Shown here: piece after piece, positions 60,626 to 64,000 of the stretch | Position numbering within the stretch: position 1 is the stretch's first letter | Layout: each line of letters opens with the position of its first letter | NCBI GenBank assembly: GCA_965261125.1 | Contig: CBDHCS010000005.1 | Coordinates: forward strand, 4,902-68,901 | Direction: 5' to 3' | Source of the DNA: Candidatus Poribacteria bacterium | GTDB taxonomy: Bacteria > Poribacteria > WGA-4E > WGA-3G | Length of the DNA stretch: 64,000 nucleotides | Translations under genes and position numbers: made by a program | The notes under the pieces: generated by a model | Told to the model about the DNA's origin: nothing | What the model saw: the letters and a program-made list of their open reading frames with translations, nothing else | Databases searched by the model: none

Positions 60626-61056
60626 TGGTCACCTACGCCAACAGTTTGCTATAGTTTAGCACAACTTGAATGGATAAGGCAAGCAGAAAAACGCGTGAAT
60701 CAGAGGCATTCAATTGTCACAGAATACTCTCGTGGGATGGTTTTCTAAGTCCGATATTATAAAATTTCCGCTTTGTCTGAACCAAGATTCTCATGATTGA
60801 AGATTTTGTCCCAACAGATCATTCACAGGGCGCAAAGTTTATGATGCATTGTGCTAAATCCGCAAGAGGCACCTTGATGAAAAATAATCTTGGTAATCTG
60901 CTAATCCTGAAAATCCTGGTTCAGACAATAAGATTCAGAGATTGACATTTAATCCAACCTATAGTAGAATAAATACAACGTTAAAATGATTTATATATTG
61001 CCCACGTTTTTCTATCCAGACAGGTGTTTAGCACAACGCAAAAGGAGAACAAACCG

Positions 61057-62151
61057 ATGAAAAACACGTTGTGTTTAATTTTGACAGCACTGTTGATAGC
61101 ATTCACATTTACATTTAACAGTCTTGCCCAAACCCCACAGGATGATCCACAACAGGGGGATCCACAACAAGGGGATCTCCCTGATGGCGCGGAAGTGCGG
61201 TCCGGGCCTGAGCAAGGTAGGATCAGAGATATAAAGTTTTCCCCCGATGGCACACGCCTTGCAGTGGCGAGAAGCCGCGGTATTTGGCTCTTGGATGTCC
61301 AGACAGGTGACGAACTTGTGCAATTCACAGGTTTTGCGGATTCTGCTGCTACTATTGCATTTAGCCCGGATGGCAATATGTTGGTCGGTAGTAGCATAAA
61401 GGACAATACCGTTCGTTTGTGGGATGTACACACAGGTAGGAACATCCGAGCATTCAAAGGACGCAGTAAGAAGAATTGGGTAGGGGACGTAGCGTTTAGT
61501 CCGGATGGCAAAACTATCGTAATTAGGCGTTGGAACAAAACCCTCTGTCTATTGGATCTGAACACAGGCAAAACCCTCCGAATATTCAAAAAGGATACAG
61601 AAAAGATATCACGTGTTGCGTTTAGCCCGGATGGTAGGACTATCGCAAGTAGCGGTGAGGATAAAACTGTGCGTCTGTGGGATGCACACACGGGCAAAAA
61701 CCTTCACACACTCACAGGGAATACGGAAAGGATATGGCACGTAGCATTTAGTCCGGATGGCAAAATGATAGCAAGTAAAAGTAATGATGATACTGTGCGT
61801 CTGTGGGATACGCACACCGGACAACCCCTACGCACAATATATATGTCTTCTCTTGGCTTCAACTTTGCGTTCAGTCCGGATAGCAAGATGATCGCATGTA
61901 TCGGTTTCGGTACTATCGATCTATGGGATGTGAACACGGGACAACACTTACGAAAACTCATAAAAACCTACAGACGACTAGCTTCTACACTGAATATCGG
62001 ACGCTTGATTGCGTTCAGTCCGGATGGCAGGATGATCGTAAGTGCTGGTCCATTTGAAGTCCATCTGTGGGATGCAAACACAGGACAACTCCTCCGAAAA
62101 CTCATAAGTCATCCCAAAGGCACTGATGTACGATCATTCCAAAGGAACTAA
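61057..62151 (+). CDS. Secreted WD40 beta-propeller protein (paralog 1)
   Basis: RBS AAAGGAG. Signal peptide MKNTLCLILTALLIAFTFTFNSLAQ, then about 7 FSPDG...WD blades. Confidence 0.75.
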   Translation: MKNTLCLILTALLIAFTFTFNSLAQTPQDDPQQGDPQQGDLPDGAEVRSGPEQGRIRDIKFSPDGTRLAVARSRGIWLLDVQTGDELVQFTGFADSAATIAFSPDGNMLVGSSIKDNTVRLWDVHTGRNIRAFKGRSKKNWVGDVAFSPDGKTIVIRRWNKTLCLLDLNTGKTLRIFKKDTEKISRVAFSPDGRTIASSGEDKTVRLWDAHTGKNLHTLTGNTERIWHVAFSPDGKMIASKSNDDTVRLWDTHTGQPLRTIYMSSLGFNFAFSPDSKMIACIGFGTIDLWDVNTGQHLRKLIKTYRRLASTLNIGRLIAFSPDGRMIVSAGPFEVHLWDANTGQLLRKLISHPKGTDVRSFQRN

Positions 62152-62154
62152 CCG

Positions 62155-63417
62155 ATGAAAAATAGATTGTTTTCAATTTTGACAGCACTTTTGATAATAG
62201 CATTCACATTTACATTTAATAGTCTCGCCCAAGATTCACCGCAAGAGGATATAGAGGATTTACTTGAATCAATACGAGAGAAAGCAAAGGATTTAAGTAA
62301 GGCCGAGAAAACGGGCGCGGTCAATAAACTTGTTTATTCTACCAACGATATAAGTTTTTCCCACGATGGCAAACGGCTCGCGTTGGCAGGGAACTACGGC
62401 ATTTTGATCTACGACATTCAGAGAAATCGCAAAAACGTTCAGGCAAGTTACAAACCTACCAAATTGAGAGAACATCAGAGGAGAGGGTGGCGGGTAGCGT
62501 TTAGTCCAGATGGCAAGCTAATCGCAAGTGCGAATGCTACAGGCACCCTTTACCTATGGGATGCGAAAACGGAAAAACTCCTTCGGACAATCGAAGGTGA
62601 GCCAGGATATTCACCTTTCTCGTGTATGGCATTTAGTCAGGATGGCAGGATACTCGTTACCGGAGGGAACAAGATTATCACAAGGGATCCTTGGATAAGC
62701 GAGGGCATAGTGCTTTTGTGGGATGCACAGACAGGAGAACACATCCGAACCCTAACAGGACATACGAGACATGTCGATAGTGTGGCATTTAGTCCGGACG
62801 GCATAACTATCGCTGCGGGTGACTCCGTCACTATCAGGGCAGATGGTAAAGACAGTGGAGATGCCACAGTGCGTTTATGGGATGCACGGACGGGAAAACT
62901 TCTTCGGACCTTAATGAGACATGGGGGTGAGATCAAATGCTTGGCGTTTAGTCCGGATGGAAAACTGCTCGCAAGTGGTGGGCCGTTCGACCCTGTTCGT
63001 TTATGGGATGTAAACACCGGACAACACATCAGAACACTCGCAAGTGATAGGACAAGAACTCCGAAGGATCTGGATCAAGGGAGGCCGTCGTTTGATTCGG
63101 TAGATAGCATTGCATTTAGCCCAGATGGTAGCACACTTGCAAGTTCCAGTATACTGCGGGCCCGCCTATGGGATGTAAAACGGGGACGACTCCTCCTAAA
63201 ATTCAGAGACCAAAATTCAGGCAATGGTCCTAGTGTAGTGGCGTTTAGTCCAAATGGAAAGACTATCGCAATCAGTAGAAGTTATGAACTTGAGCAAATA
63301 GTTCCCAAAAGCAATGGCGTTAAAATTACGAAAGAAATAGAACTGTGGGATGCGGAAACGGGAAAACATCTCCATAGGATCAAGTTAGAAAGGTACAGAT
63401 TCCAAATTTACCGATGA
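62155..63417 (+). CDS. Secreted WD40 beta-propeller protein (paralog 2)
   Basis: Signal peptide MKNRLFSILTALLIIAFTFTFNSLAQ is nearly identical at DNA level to paralog 1. It starts 3 bp after the paralog-1 stop. Confidence 0.75.
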   Translation: MKNRLFSILTALLIIAFTFTFNSLAQDSPQEDIEDLLESIREKAKDLSKAEKTGAVNKLVYSTNDISFSHDGKRLALAGNYGILIYDIQRNRKNVQASYKPTKLREHQRRGWRVAFSPDGKLIASANATGTLYLWDAKTEKLLRTIEGEPGYSPFSCMAFSQDGRILVTGGNKIITRDPWISEGIVLLWDAQTGEHIRTLTGHTRHVDSVAFSPDGITIAAGDSVTIRADGKDSGDATVRLWDARTGKLLRTLMRHGGEIKCLAFSPDGKLLASGGPFDPVRLWDVNTGQHIRTLASDRTRTPKDLDQGRPSFDSVDSIAFSPDGSTLASSSILRARLWDVKRGRLLLKFRDQNSGNGPSVVAFSPNGKTIAISRSYELEQIVPKSNGVKITKEIELWDAETGKHLHRIKLERYRFQIYR

Positions 63418-63512
63418 AAAACACGTTGTGTTCAATTTTGACAGCACTGTTGATAGTACTCACGTTTACATTTGATAGCCTTACCCAAACTCCGCAGGAT
63501 GATCCATAACAA
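63414..63512 (+). pseudogene. Third copy of the signal-peptide cassette, ending at a stop after 32 codons (MKNTLCSILTALLIVLTFTFDSLTQTPQDDP*)
   Basis: ATGA overlap with the paralog-2 stop, exactly as between paralogs 1 and 2. Followed by a GCGGTTTCCTAACC hairpin. Confidence 0.4.
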
Positions 63513-64000
63513 GAGCATTAAATATGTTTACACTCCCCGGTAGATGCGGTTTCCTAACCAATGCAGAATACCGGACGCTTATGCTGCCGGAGTTTTCTCC
63601 AAAATTACAGAAATGATAAATTAATCTTTGGACAGTTTTCTCTACAGAAGTGTCCCGTTAATTGTAGGTTTTTCTATAGCGGATGTATTTAGGGCGTTCA
63701 AAATAGAAATCCACGATAATTAGCGTTACGTTCCAATACCGTCAGTTTATCACAAAATTAGCTACTGTCAATCTGTTTTACAAAAATAAACTATAGAAAA
63801 AATGTTGCATGCCTGCTGCAAACGTGGTATAATTACTATAATTTGATCACATGTCCAAAACGATATTACCAGAGATACACACCTCCAGATTTGCACAGCG
63901 GGTTCTCTCGTCATGAGAGTCTGATGCAAATATGAAGGGGGTGGACGTATAAACCCAATGCGGAGTCTTGCGGCTCCAGTAAACCCAGGAGGTTATTTTT

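Noticed and set aside
60981-63029. Long minus-strand ORFs (238, 85, 130 aa) across the secreted WD40 paralogs
   Set aside because: Antisense shadow ORFs of WD40 repeats (recurrent VCTSHKRTVLS...PSGLNA). The plus-strand genes have RBSs and signal peptides.

Overview
This is a 64-kb bacterial chromosomal window with roughly 45% GC, about 55 protein-coding genes and no rRNA, tRNA or CRISPR array that I could find. Most genes are housekeeping: ribF, thrC, scpA/scpB, cca, suhB-like, mqnA/D-family, gcvH-like, yigZ, acpS, folP, ftsH, hslV/hslU, pgi, and an NtrC-type two-component pair. They are interspersed with strain-specific genes: an ECF sigma factor plus a membrane-anchored WD40 anti-sigma, several secreted WD40 beta-propeller paralogs, a lipoprotein with tandem Ig-like repeats, a very Cys-rich protein, a flotillin with a long coiled coil, an M6-like metalloprotease, an ArsA/Get3-Hsp20 fusion, and a pseudopilin/prepilin-peptidase pair sitting behind a sigma54-type two-component system. 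The most striking structure is in the non-coding DNA. Nearly every intergenic gap carries one or more members of at least four miniature inverted-repeat (MITE-like) families, labelled A to D here, plus small REP-like hairpins. The families share sequence modules and are often nested or chimeric. A separate short motif, two hairpins around a conserved GATATGTT-TATAGAAAA core, occurs at two loci with compensatory stem changes. Three genes (ftsH, a Gfo/Idh/MocA oxidoreductase and a DUF2064-type glycosyltransferase) are broken by single-base frameshifts, each in a homopolymer run. That pattern may mean sequencing indels rather than true pseudogenes. Two IS relics are present (an IS4-family N-terminal fragment and an ISAs1-family fragment with an internal stop). 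The gene content (sigma54 activator, futalosine-pathway gene, WD40 anti-sigma, T2SS-like pseudopilin) hints at an uncultured PVC-like or candidate-phylum lineage, but no taxon can be assigned from sequence alone. All functional calls come from reading the translated ORFs for known motifs; I could not run any database search.
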